Below the pieces are notes generated by a model that worked only from the letters and a program-made list of their open reading frames with translations, made no database searches and was not told the DNA's origin. From Candidatus Altimarinota bacterium (lineage in GTDB: Bacteria > Patescibacteriota > Gracilibacteria > JBDHUY01): a stretch of DNA of 64,000 bases. A program made the position numbers and the translations under genes. Shown one piece after another: positions 1 to 8,891 of the stretch (its first letter is position 1; every line of letters begins with the position of its first letter). The stretch spans positions 1 through 64,000 of the forward strand of contig JBDHUY010000001.1 in the NCBI GenBank assembly GCA_039809385.1. The letters run 5' to 3'.

Positions 1-119
1 ACTCCAACAGTATGTCCATCTGATCAACAACCGTCCTCGAAAAAGACATAACTGGCTTACACCTTACGAACTTTTCTTCAACCACCTACCTTCATAGTTG
101 CACTTGACTCTGGAATCTA
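1..119 (+). mobile_element. Right end of an IS30-family insertion sequence (transposase 3' end at <2..97 plus terminal inverted repeat ~97-119)
   Basis: Frame 2..97 reads LQQYVHLINNRPRKRHNWLTPYELF..*, matching the IS30 transposase C-terminal NxRPRKxLxxxTPxE motif; followed directly by GTTGCACTTGACTCTGGAATCTA, resembling IS30-type IR ends. Confidence 0.8.
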
Positions 120-121
120 AG

Positions 122-156
122 AAAAGCGTACGAATCGATAGGATCCGTACACTTTT
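122..156 (-). terminator. Intrinsic terminator of the 1394-aa gene
   Basis: On the minus strand GTGTACGGATC/GATTCGTACGC pairs fully with G-U wobbles and is followed by TTTT. Confidence 0.6.
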
Positions 157-190
157 TACAATGTTTCGGTTGGGGGAATTTAGCTTTAAA

Positions 191-3100
191 CTATACTTCC
201 GGTGTTATATCTGTCTTCATTATATACGCTGCCAGTTCTTCCGGAGTCGTGACAAAGCTGAGTATGGCCCGTACTGCTTTTTCGGCTGATTTTGTTAGCT
301 CGATACCTGGCATCGCTCTGAAAATTTCCAGACTCCACGATGCTTTCGTATAAGGTGGTTCGAAGCCCATCGCCTCAAGGCTTTTTCCGATCATACTGTG
401 GTTACGCATAACTGCTTGTTTTTTAGCTTCGGCAAGTTTGTTAATATTTACATGCTCGAAGACATTGAGAATCGAGTCTATATCTTTCTGTTTTGTCTCG
501 TTCAGGTGAAAGACGATCGACTTGTTGGGATACTGGATACTGCTTTGTTCGAGGCTTATCTTTTGCGATTGAGATGTTTCTTTTGAAGGCGCAGCTGTAA
601 TATTGTTGCCGATATGTATGGTTTCTTGTCCTCCATTGGATGTCAGTTGGAGTGTGCTTGCATCATTGATACGGTTTTGTTCCGTATACGCAATGTTTGT
701 ACCTGCTGGTATTTTCTCAGTATTGTGAGGAATAAAGGATACTTCTTTTTTCGCTACTGTGTGGCTGGTAGGTTGTACTACGATGCGAATGATATCTCCA
801 TTTTTCATCGACGTAAGTGCGGCTTGCCGTACGGCCGGGTTATCAACATGGTTCTGGGGATTTTCCAGCATCCGTGTAATCTCCCCAGTTTTTCCATATC
901 CCCACGTGGCCACTCGCTTTGCCACTCTTTTTCGTTTTGAATTGCTCCAATTTGCTACTCCGGCTGCCTGGGTCATCTCATGTCCGTCGGCTGCCATGAT
1001 CATAGTATTGACGGTTTGTTGGGTGGCGCCTCGGGTCTTTTTTAATTTTTTGACACTCCCATATAACGTGCTGTGGGGGTCATCGGTCATTATGGTAACT
1101 AGTTGATTGCGCTCTGCTACGGTCATCATGTTTTCTGGAACCTCAGCTCCCGTATTTTTGTCCGTTGGGCTTACAGGGGGAACTGGAACATCTTTATCGG
1201 GGATAATGGTAGGAGCCGGAGCTGGGACGACTTTATTCTCTGCTGTAGGACTCGGTTGGGGAGTGGGAGCAGGAGAGGGGGGAGCTATGACAACCGGTTT
1301 GCCTGAATTAAGCGCTATCGGGGGCTGCGGGGGATTGTTTTCTTTTTTTACAACAGGTGGAGTCGTGTCTGGATTTTGCTTGCCTTTTTCCGGCGACCCC
1401 CATTTATCTAAGGTAAATGCTCCGATACTGAGAGTAACAATTACGCCTGCAGCGGCAGCCCATTGGCCGATGCGGGATCGGGTTTTCTTTTGAGTTTCCT
1501 TAATCGAAATGGCAGGAGACAGTTCGCCACTTTCTGTCGGGTTAGGAACAATCACCTGTCCTAATTGTCGGGCAATCGCCTCTGCTATCAGCGTCCTGTT
1601 ACTTTCATGATTACACCATGACATGAATCCCACTTGCTGTCCGATTGTGCGATCGGCATTATTCTTTAGCTCCCGTAGCTGGCGTAGTAGTTCCTGGATT
1701 GTCTTATCTTGGTCAGAGATATCTATTCCAATTGTCAACTCTAAAACTTGAAACCACTCCTCGATGATTGTTTGGAAAGGTCCCGTTTTATCTTTTGAAA
1801 CAGTGTGTTCGAAGGCTTGTTGCATAGCTTCATACATTTTTTTCTGTTTTTCTTCTATCTCCTCGTCGGTAGGTTGATTGTCCAACGTTCCTGCTGCAAT
1901 GGGGTTAAGTTTGCCCGTACTCTTGGGCTGTACGAGTTGCCCGGTATTCCCTTTTCCGACCGGAACGTCGGTATAGAATTTTATTTTCTGGATGAGCTGG
2001 TCGAGGCAGCTTTGAAACCAAACAGTCAATATACGATTTTGTGCGACACGCTGATTTTCAGTTTGAGGTTCTTCTGTTGGGAATGGAAAACTTGCCATCG
2101 TCGTATCATCGTATCTATTGTTTTCTTCTTGTCTGAAAAACCCTTGCAGTGATTCGTCTAATTCGTGGCATACATCTTTAAAATCTTGACTGGTTGAGGT
2201 ATCCGCGGTTTCCCAGATGTTTTTAAAATATCCCATGCAAAGATACTTAATGAAAGTAATTTTCCTTTCATAGTATTCTCGAGGATCTCTTTCTTTGGAA
2301 GAGAGATACTGCGCTCCGGAAAGAATATATACAAGTTGTTCTAATTGTTCTCTAACTTGCGGACCTTCCGGAGTGGTATTGATCACTTTAGCAATTTTTT
2401 TCTGTAGTTCCTGTTCTTTTGTCAAATCAGCTTGTATTTCTCTTGTGATGGTACCGGGATTTTTCGCAGAGATAAAGCTGTTTTTGAGAGTGGTATTTAG
2501 CGTTGCGGTTGAGGAATTCGGTGGATAGGTATGGTAAAATCCAGCTAATAAATTGGCAAAATCTTTTTCCAGCGTGGTGCTTTTATTAAGTTGATGGAGT
2601 CTTTCAATAATCAATTGAGTATTCGGTAATGGTTCTTTTGCGATGAGCAGCAGTGCTTTACTTATTTCCTCATTTACAAATGGCAGAATAGAGTTAAAGG
2701 CTATTAATTCTATCAAAACGGTTCGTATAGTTGTATAAGTCGTAAGAACATTAGCCTCCATTTGCGGATCGCCAACTACCTCTTTAGGATTGTCGTACAT
2801 GCTCCAAACGGTCTCCATTAAAAGATTGAGATTTCCCAGAAATGCCTGTTGATTTTCCGGAGAATCTACTTTTTGTGCCTCCACAAAAGCCACGCTATTA
2901 GTTTTGTCATCTGACTTGGTGAGCAGAGGATTTCTATTCTCTGCATTTGTCGCTACTGCCTCGGTTACAAGTCCGTTGGCTATGTTTTGAGGATCTCCGC
3001 TTTGGTAGCCATTTCTATAGATAGTTTCAATTTCGTCGGTGGTCATACATTCCAAACCGTCCGTTTCAGTTGCTATGACTTTTATGTTCTTCAAAGCGTG

Positions 3101-4375
3101 TGTTCCTACGTCGATATTGTCGTACCAGGTAGCTCCGGTATCAGGATCGGTAGCGCTGGAATTAGCTCCACCTCCAAGCTGAAAGGAAATAGTGTCACGA
3201 AGCCCTATTATTTTTTTGATTAAGTCCTTTGGAGAGAATGAATCAACATTTACAGCTGCTATCCCTAGTCGTAGCCCGTTTCTTTTGATCAACGCCATTT
3301 CGTTCTTGAAATCTTGGCACCACCTGTTGTTATTAGCGTTAGATTCTTTTATGAGGGCTTTAAAAACTCGTATAAAGTATTCTCCCTCTTCGCTCTGTAC
3401 GAAATCCTCAACTTTTCCGTCATTGCTGAGATTAAAGAAGGTGGACACAATACGCTGGGCTTTTGCTTCATCGCCGCTATTGAGCTTTAAAATCTTAATA
3501 AGAGTTGTGGCACAATTATGAGGTTTATTGAGTGTTTTTAGAGTCAACCCCCCTCTTTCATCTTCTTCCAGGCTGCGAATGGTACTGTCTCCGGCGGACA
3601 GGGTAATTGCCAAGTCGTTATAAAAATAGCTGATTGCCGCTGTTGTAGACATCCCTCCCAGATCTGTCACCGGGGTCCCGTTAGGTTTCTTTAATTTCCC
3701 TTCAATATACGGTAGTACGATGTCTTGCATGATCGTTTTTTTTGCCTGGCTGTCTTTTCCTACCAAATTGGTAAGTGCCTCTGATATGAGAGGAACAAAT
3801 CTATCAACATCGCTACGACACTCTGATACCAAAAGAATAATATCATTGATCTTGCCCATTATTCTTTTAAGTTCCTCGATAACCTGGTCTTGCGTCAGAC
3901 TTTTATGTCGTCGTGCCAATTCCGGAAGCAAAACTTCCGAAAGTTCTTTTCCGATGATGGCGGCATATTCGCCAGCTCCGCCGTGACTTACTCCGTCAAA
4001 CACACCGATCGCCACTCCCGGAATCGTGAAACCCCGATCATCGGAATAGTGGGGGTGATTTTCGCTGGCACTCGCTGCAGTAGCCATCTTGAACCCATAG
4101 GTTTCCGAAACCGCTTCCACTTTCTTCGTATCGGTTTCTACCTGTCTCAAAACTTGCTGTAACATATCGTCCGTAGGATTGGGCGGAACGGCGGTAACAG
4201 GCTCTACGACAATACCTGCGGTCTGTTGATTTTTATCAAGGGTAGCCGCTATTCTAGATCTAGAAAAACCGGGAAGTACATTCATAATTTCCCGACCTTT
4301 ATTTAAAATGGTATCAGCTCGCTCTTTCCCCGCTACAGCCTCCAATGATCTCTTTGCAAATGATAACAATCCCAT
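191..4375 (-). CDS. Large membrane-anchored protein with N-terminal PP2C/PPM-like Ser/Thr phosphatase domain, TM helix, Pro-rich linker and unknown C-terminal domain
   Basis: Ordered PPM motifs SDD, GVFDGVSHGG, STT, AGDS, TDGL, DDKT; hydrophobic WAAAAGVIVTLSIGAFTL; PPSPAPTPQPSP linker. Confidence 0.7.
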   Translation of the reverse strand: MGLLSFAKRSLEAVAGKERADTILNKGREIMNVLPGFSRSRIAATLDKNQQTAGIVVEPVTAVPPNPTDDMLQQVLRQVETDTKKVEAVSETYGFKMATAASASENHPHYSDDRGFTIPGVAIGVFDGVSHGGAGEYAAIIGKELSEVLLPELARRHKSLTQDQVIEELKRIMGKINDIILLVSECRSDVDRFVPLISEALTNLVGKDSQAKKTIMQDIVLPYIEGKLKKPNGTPVTDLGGMSTTAAISYFYNDLAITLSAGDSTIRSLEEDERGGLTLKTLNKPHNCATTLIKILKLNSGDEAKAQRIVSTFFNLSNDGKVEDFVQSEEGEYFIRVFKALIKESNANNNRWCQDFKNEMALIKRNGLRLGIAAVNVDSFSPKDLIKKIIGLRDTISFQLGGGANSSATDPDTGATWYDNIDVGTHALKNIKVIATETDGLECMTTDEIETIYRNGYQSGDPQNIANGLVTEAVATNAENRNPLLTKSDDKTNSVAFVEAQKVDSPENQQAFLGNLNLLMETVWSMYDNPKEVVGDPQMEANVLTTYTTIRTVLIELIAFNSILPFVNEEISKALLLIAKEPLPNTQLIIERLHQLNKSTTLEKDFANLLAGFYHTYPPNSSTATLNTTLKNSFISAKNPGTITREIQADLTKEQELQKKIAKVINTTPEGPQVREQLEQLVYILSGAQYLSSKERDPREYYERKITFIKYLCMGYFKNIWETADTSTSQDFKDVCHELDESLQGFFRQEENNRYDDTTMASFPFPTEEPQTENQRVAQNRILTVWFQSCLDQLIQKIKFYTDVPVGKGNTGQLVQPKSTGKLNPIAAGTLDNQPTDEEIEEKQKKMYEAMQQAFEHTVSKDKTGPFQTIIEEWFQVLELTIGIDISDQDKTIQELLRQLRELKNNADRTIGQQVGFMSWCNHESNRTLIAEAIARQLGQVIVPNPTESGELSPAISIKETQKKTRSRIGQWAAAAGVIVTLSIGAFTLDKWGSPEKGKQNPDTTPPVVKKENNPPQPPIALNSGKPVVIAPPSPAPTPQPSPTAENKVVPAPAPTIIPDKDVPVPPVSPTDKNTGAEVPENMMTVAERNQLVTIMTDDPHSTLYGSVKKLKKTRGATQQTVNTMIMAADGHEMTQAAGVANWSNSKRKRVAKRVATWGYGKTGEITRMLENPQNHVDNPAVRQAALTSMKNGDIIRIVVQPTSHTVAKKEVSFIPHNTEKIPAGTNIAYTEQNRINDASTLQLTSNGGQETIHIGNNITAAPSKETSQSQKISLEQSSIQYPNKSIVFHLNETKQKDIDSILNVFEHVNINKLAEAKKQAVMRNHSMIGKSLEAMGFEPPYTKASWSLEIFRAMPGIELTKSAEKAVRAILSFVTTPEELAAYIMKTDITPEV

Positions 4376-4462
4376 AGTGTGTATTTTTTAAGAATAAAAC
4401 GTGTATAGTCTGGATTTAAGGAGAAAGAATTATAATAGTAATTTAATAAATGTCAATTCTTT

Positions 4463-5689
4463 TTAACAATGTAAGTGAAGAACGCTACCAAATCGAGCTC
4501 GTGTTTGTTCTTGTACCTGTAATTGAGGGAGGCTTTGATTTCTTGAAATTAAGAGTTCCAAGGCCTTATTTTGTAGATATAAACTGTCGAACCATTTTTC
4601 CAGCATAACCGTCTGATAGAATGTGTCAGTATTGTCTTTCCAAATGCGATGCTTCTCCAAACCTGCTTCAACCTCTTCCTCGGCTTTTTTCCAACCTCCA
4701 CTTGATTCGTCGTATTCGATACTACTGGCAATTCTGGCTATTTCTCCGTGACTTAGTCCCAGACCGTAGAGGAGAAAGAGTGATCGTGCCGCCTGTTGTA
4801 ATTCTTGACTATATTCTTTGAAATTGTAATTTTCTTCCACAATTTCCGCTACTTCCCAGGGGCGCGGAGCGTTTCCTCCCAGAATGCTGGGACCGATATG
4901 CGATTGCATTTCCTGAAAAAGGATGGGCGGCCGGCTGGGAAGTTTGTTTTTGATAATTGAAATGATCGTTTCGAACCGGGTCATCCCGGTATTCTGTCGT
5001 ATGTGAATAGCCTCGTGTTCTATGAGCGATAATACGCCGCTGGTCAGTCCGGCGATTTCATAGAGCATTTCGAGCGTACTGGGCGGGTCGTTGCGAATGA
5101 TCAATACTTTGGGCTTAAAATCGCATGGCATTGCTTCGGTCTGTCCGGAACTACTATGAAAGGAACGGGTAGTTGTGGGGTTGGCTAAAGATGATCTCAT
5201 TTGCATCGAAGGCGGCAGGATGCTGGTAGGGTTTCTAGGACGTTCTTTCCACAAGGCCGGGCAGAGCCACGTATCCGGATCACCTACTTGAGGTTGGGTT
5301 ACAAACCTAAAATCTATATCGTTACATGTAAAATTGCGCGGAACGGTTCCATTCTGTATCAATTCGATGATCCCCAATTCTTTCCATCCGGTTATATTAC
5401 ACTTGCTTTTGAGAGCATTGAGAATTTGATCGAATAGCTCAAGTACGATTTCTTCTTTAATATTTCCCCTCAAGCCATCCATACGTGCGAATATATTTTC
5501 TCGCGGGGTCCTTTTTAATAAATCGTATCGTTGCGTATCCAGGATCTGAATCATCTCTATCATCGCGGCGACTTGTCTTTGAAGCGTTTCGGCTTGGGTT
5601 GATCGTGTCAAAAACGGTGTACTGGCTTTTTCTCTTGATCTTCCGAGCATGATGAGATGATGATCCGAAGCGTCCGTTACTTTTTCCAT
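4463..5689 (-). CDS. Hypothetical protein with HExxH zinc-metallopeptidase-like motif
   Basis: 408-aa ORF; LIEHEAIHIRQ with a downstream candidate third ligand E (FQEMQS). Confidence 0.6.
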   Translation of the reverse strand: MEKVTDASDHHLIMLGRSREKASTPFLTRSTQAETLQRQVAAMIEMIQILDTQRYDLLKRTPRENIFARMDGLRGNIKEEIVLELFDQILNALKSKCNITGWKELGIIELIQNGTVPRNFTCNDIDFRFVTQPQVGDPDTWLCPALWKERPRNPTSILPPSMQMRSSLANPTTTRSFHSSSGQTEAMPCDFKPKVLIIRNDPPSTLEMLYEIAGLTSGVLSLIEHEAIHIRQNTGMTRFETIISIIKNKLPSRPPILFQEMQSHIGPSILGGNAPRPWEVAEIVEENYNFKEYSQELQQAARSLFLLYGLGLSHGEIARIASSIEYDESSGGWKKAEEEVEAGLEKHRIWKDNTDTFYQTVMLEKWFDSLYLQNKALELLISRNQSLPQLQVQEQTRARFGSVLHLHC

Positions 5690-5902
5690 AGCAATAAAAA
5701 AACCGTATCCCTGATAAAAGAATGGTTTTTAGCTTCTGTTTTGCCGCCGGTTCTGTTTTGATGTCTCAGACTATGGATCTATTTATATGTATACCACAGT
5801 TTACACCCCGAATGCAAAACTTCCGCTCATTCGGCTTTGCCAGGATGATGAAAAGGGGTTATCATGCACATAGTACGATTTGACCTCTCTTCAACAAAGA
5901 AT

Positions 5903-7036
5903 ATGACCATCGGCATTGACGCTCGCATGTACTCGACCAACTTCACTGGGATCGGAAAATATAATTACGAGCTGATTCGCAATCTCTTGCGTCTGGATAC
6001 GACCAATCGCTATGTCATTTTTCTTAATCCCGTAGAGTTTCCCGGTTTCGACGATTCGTCTCCCTATGTAAAAAAAGTCATGGTCGACGCGCCCCACTAC
6101 TCGCTCGCCGAACAGACCGTTTTTTTACGAACGCTGCAGCAAGAAAAGCTCGATCTCATGCACTTCACCCACTTCAACGCCCCCCTCTTGTACCGCGGCC
6201 CGTGCCTTGTTACCATCCATGACCTGACGATCTCATTCTATAAAGGTAAAAAGCATACCTCCTTGCCAAAACGACTCATGTATTATACCGTGGTCCGCAG
6301 CATCTTGAAAAAAGCCCGCAAGATCATTGCCGTGTCCCAATACACTGAAAGCGATATCGAGCGCCTCTATCCCTTTACAAAGGGAAAGATCAAGATGATC
6401 TACGAAGCGGCCGATGCGGAGTTTCAAGTCATCCATGATACGCCGCGTCTCGAAGCCACTCGAAAGAAGTACGGACTCGACCGGCCTTTTCTGCTCTATA
6501 GCGGCAACTGGCGCAATCACAAAAACGTAGCCGGACTCATCCGCGCGTTTGCGCATATTCTCAAACAAAACCCGGCGCGGGAATTACTGCTGGTTATTAC
6601 CGGGAAAGAAGATCCGTATTATCCCGAAGTCAAAGAGCTTCCTCGTCTTCTGGGAATCGAAAGTCACGTCAAACTGGTTGGACTCATCCCAACCTCCGAA
6701 TTGATCGATTTGTATAATCTGGCCGAAATATTCGTTTTTCCGTCGTTTTACGAAGGTTTCGGACTTCCCATTCTGGAAAGTATGGCCTGCGGTACGCCTG
6801 TTGCCTCTTCCAATACCTCCTGCTTGCCGGAGGTCGGCGGACCCGAAGGGTGCGTCTATTTTGATCCGCACAACGTTGAAGAAATGGCCACCAGTATTAT
6901 CAAATTACTCGATGATGCTCCCTTACGGCAAAAACTGATTGAGAACGGCTTTTCCCGCATCAAAGAGTTCTCCTGGGAAAAAATGGCGCGGGAAACACTG
7001 GCAGTATACAACTCGTTAGTCGCGAGTCTGGAGTAG
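5903..7036 (+). CDS. Glycosyltransferase family 4 (GT-B)
   Basis: MTIGIDAR start, VTIHDL, FVFPSFYEGFGLPILESMACGTPV motifs. Confidence 0.93.
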   Translation: MTIGIDARMYSTNFTGIGKYNYELIRNLLRLDTTNRYVIFLNPVEFPGFDDSSPYVKKVMVDAPHYSLAEQTVFLRTLQQEKLDLMHFTHFNAPLLYRGPCLVTIHDLTISFYKGKKHTSLPKRLMYYTVVRSILKKARKIIAVSQYTESDIERLYPFTKGKIKMIYEAADAEFQVIHDTPRLEATRKKYGLDRPFLLYSGNWRNHKNVAGLIRAFAHILKQNPARELLLVITGKEDPYYPEVKELPRLLGIESHVKLVGLIPTSELIDLYNLAEIFVFPSFYEGFGLPILESMACGTPVASSNTSCLPEVGGPEGCVYFDPHNVEEMATSIIKLLDDAPLRQKLIENGFSRIKEFSWEKMARETLAVYNSLVASLE

Positions 7037-7195
7037 GGAGAACGGAGGGGGGGTATTTGAAGTAAAGACTCACCCCTGAACCCCCTTATCAGAGCGAACA
7101 AGGAAAGCGTTTCTGAACCCCTAACCAATCAGGGAGGAATAATAGAAGCAACAAAATTAATAATTCAGCATTCATAAATCGTAATTCCTGTTTTT

Positions 7196-7495
7196 GTGTC
7201 TGATTTCTCGCCTCTCCAGCCATTATTTGCCAAAAAAGCCGCCCAACAGAATGTTTCCGCGACTCTTCAGAAGGCACATGTCTGTTTTTTGATGAACCGG
7301 CTTCTGGCCGAAAAAATAACCAAAAAATCAAAAACGGCTTTTGCCAAGGCCACCGACTTGAAAAATCGCACGATTATCATTACAGTTTCGAGCAGTGGCA
7401 TGGCTCAGGAAGTAATGCTGCACCGAACCGAATTATTGGCTGAACTCCATACCAGAGGGTATACGATTCAGACAATTCGGACACAGTTAACATGA
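7196..7495 (+). CDS. DciA/DUF721-family protein (probable helicase loader)
   Basis: 99 aa; pattern IIITVSSSGMAQEV..RTELLAEL typical of DUF721. Confidence 0.6.
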   Translation: MSDFSPLQPLFAKKAAQQNVSATLQKAHVCFLMNRLLAEKITKKSKTAFAKATDLKNRTIIITVSSSGMAQEVMLHRTELLAELHTRGYTIQTIRTQLT

Positions 7496-7580
7496 AGGGA
7501 CTTGTTTTTTTGGAGCAGGTGGGCTATAATGCTATGAAGATTTGTTTTAACCATTCTCTTTATCTCTTATATATCTTCTT

Positions 7581-7955
7581 ATGAAAGCCATTCGATTTTT
7601 ACGCCCTTTGGGATTAACGGCGGTGGGACTTTTTGTCTCCGCACGTTCGGTACTGGCTGCGCCAAGCGACATTGTGCGCTCGACCGATTGTCCCAGCAAT
7701 ACCAACTGTAACCCCGATATCCGCAATCAGGTTACCGTCGTGATCAACTATCTTTTGACCTTTATCGGTCTGATCGCCGTTATTCTGGTGATCTTCGCCG
7801 GTTTCCAGATGATGACCGCACAGGGAGATCAGGGAAAAGTCCAGAAAGCTCAGAAACTGATTACGTATGTAGCGATTGGTATCGTGGTCATGCTGATCGC
7901 GTATGCTATCGTCAATTTCATCGTCAATATCGCTTTCGGTACTCCGGTTGGATAA
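7581..7955 (+). CDS. CPR-type pilin (TrbC/VirB2-like)
   Basis: Signal peptide, Cys pair, two TM helices with AGF.MMTAQGD..KV.KA.K.ITY..IG motif. Confidence 0.85.
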   Translation: MKAIRFLRPLGLTAVGLFVSARSVLAAPSDIVRSTDCPSNTNCNPDIRNQVTVVINYLLTFIGLIAVILVIFAGFQMMTAQGDQGKVQKAQKLITYVAIGIVVMLIAYAIVNFIVNIAFGTPVG

Positions 7956-7993
7956 GACTGTCCAGAAACGATAAAGAGAGAATATTGTTTTTC

Positions 7994-8020
7994 AAAAGCC
8001 CCGATTCGTCGGGGCTTTTT
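7994..8020 (+). terminator. Intrinsic terminator after the pilin gene
   Basis: AAAAGCCCCGA-TTCG-TCGGGGCTTTTT perfect hairpin plus T-tract. Confidence 0.9.
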
Positions 8021-8411
8021 GTTTTGCTAGCTTCAGCTTAGGAAATTTGTTTTAGAGCGGACTACTTGGCCATAAAAAGCGTGATATTTCCTTCTAAAAT
8101 TGAAGCTTCTCGTAAGGCTTATACGAGACATTACAGGTAGTATCTCATTGTATTCGTTTTATAATGCAGATTAGTATGGTATGACAAAAACTTGGTATGT
8201 TACGACGAGGTATAAACACGGGTAGCAGAAAAATATCGCAGAAACAGTCCCGAAGGTGGCCTTTATGGGCGATCTTTGTTTCCGGTTAAGATTGCGTTGT
8301 CCGGTGATTTTCACAGTTTCAAAAAACCTCGCAATGACCCTACTATAAGCTAACGTCATGTAAGAAAATGTTCGTTTCTTCATTCGGTCTTTGACAAAGT
8401 ATAGTAAGTCC

Positions 8412-8891
8412 TCATGCCGGAATAACTTCCGGGTATACTGGTTTTCCCGTTTCCGGGGCATATTGATCGCTTACCACGATGCGTTTCGAGGAAATCTCGA
8501 TGATCTGTCTGCGTCCCAATATCCGTTTGGACCAGGGAATCAAACGTTTGGCTGTTACGATACTGTCCAATACCAGCAACGCAGACTCGAAAGAGAAATC
8601 GGTTACGCGCCCCAGACTGTCTCCGCTTTCGGTGACCACCGGCAGATTGATCAAAGAAATGCCGGTTCTTTTTCTGGATTTCAAGCCGGCATCTCGTATG
8701 GCAAAGATTTTGTGCGCTACCAGACGTTTCTCCTCGACAGAACAATCCTGCGCCAAAAACTCCGACCGCTTTCCGATAATTTTGACAATACGTCCGGTGC
8801 TCGGATCAAGCAAAAAAGTTTCGAGATCGTCCACGGAATTTCCGTGGATGTCGACTATGTGTTCTTCCAGTTCGGAGGCAAACAAGATCAT
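8412..8891 (-). CDS. PRC-barrel domain protein
   Basis: Two PRC-like repeats (LINLPVVTESGDSLGRVTDFSF); 4-nt overlap with the PBP gene. Confidence 0.8.
   Translation of the reverse strand: MILFASELEEHIVDIHGNSVDDLETFLLDPSTGRIVKIIGKRSEFLAQDCSVEEKRLVAHKIFAIRDAGLKSRKRTGISLINLPVVTESGDSLGRVTDFSFESALLVLDSIVTAKRLIPWSKRILGRRQIIEISSKRIVVSDQYAPETGKPVYPEVIPA

Noticed and set aside
96-106. AGTTGCACTTG shared between the IS30 end and the left hairpin of the REPIN-like elements
   Set aside because: Only 11 bp, flanks differ and the structural roles differ; probably coincidence
7036-7140. Degenerate GC-rich palindromic remnant after the glycosyltransferase
   Set aside because: Too decayed to define ends or assign to a repeat family
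8030-8410. Long intergenic region with short ORFs (8171-8461)
   Set aside because: No motif or coherent structure; the ORFs overlap the PRC-barrel gene and look spurious
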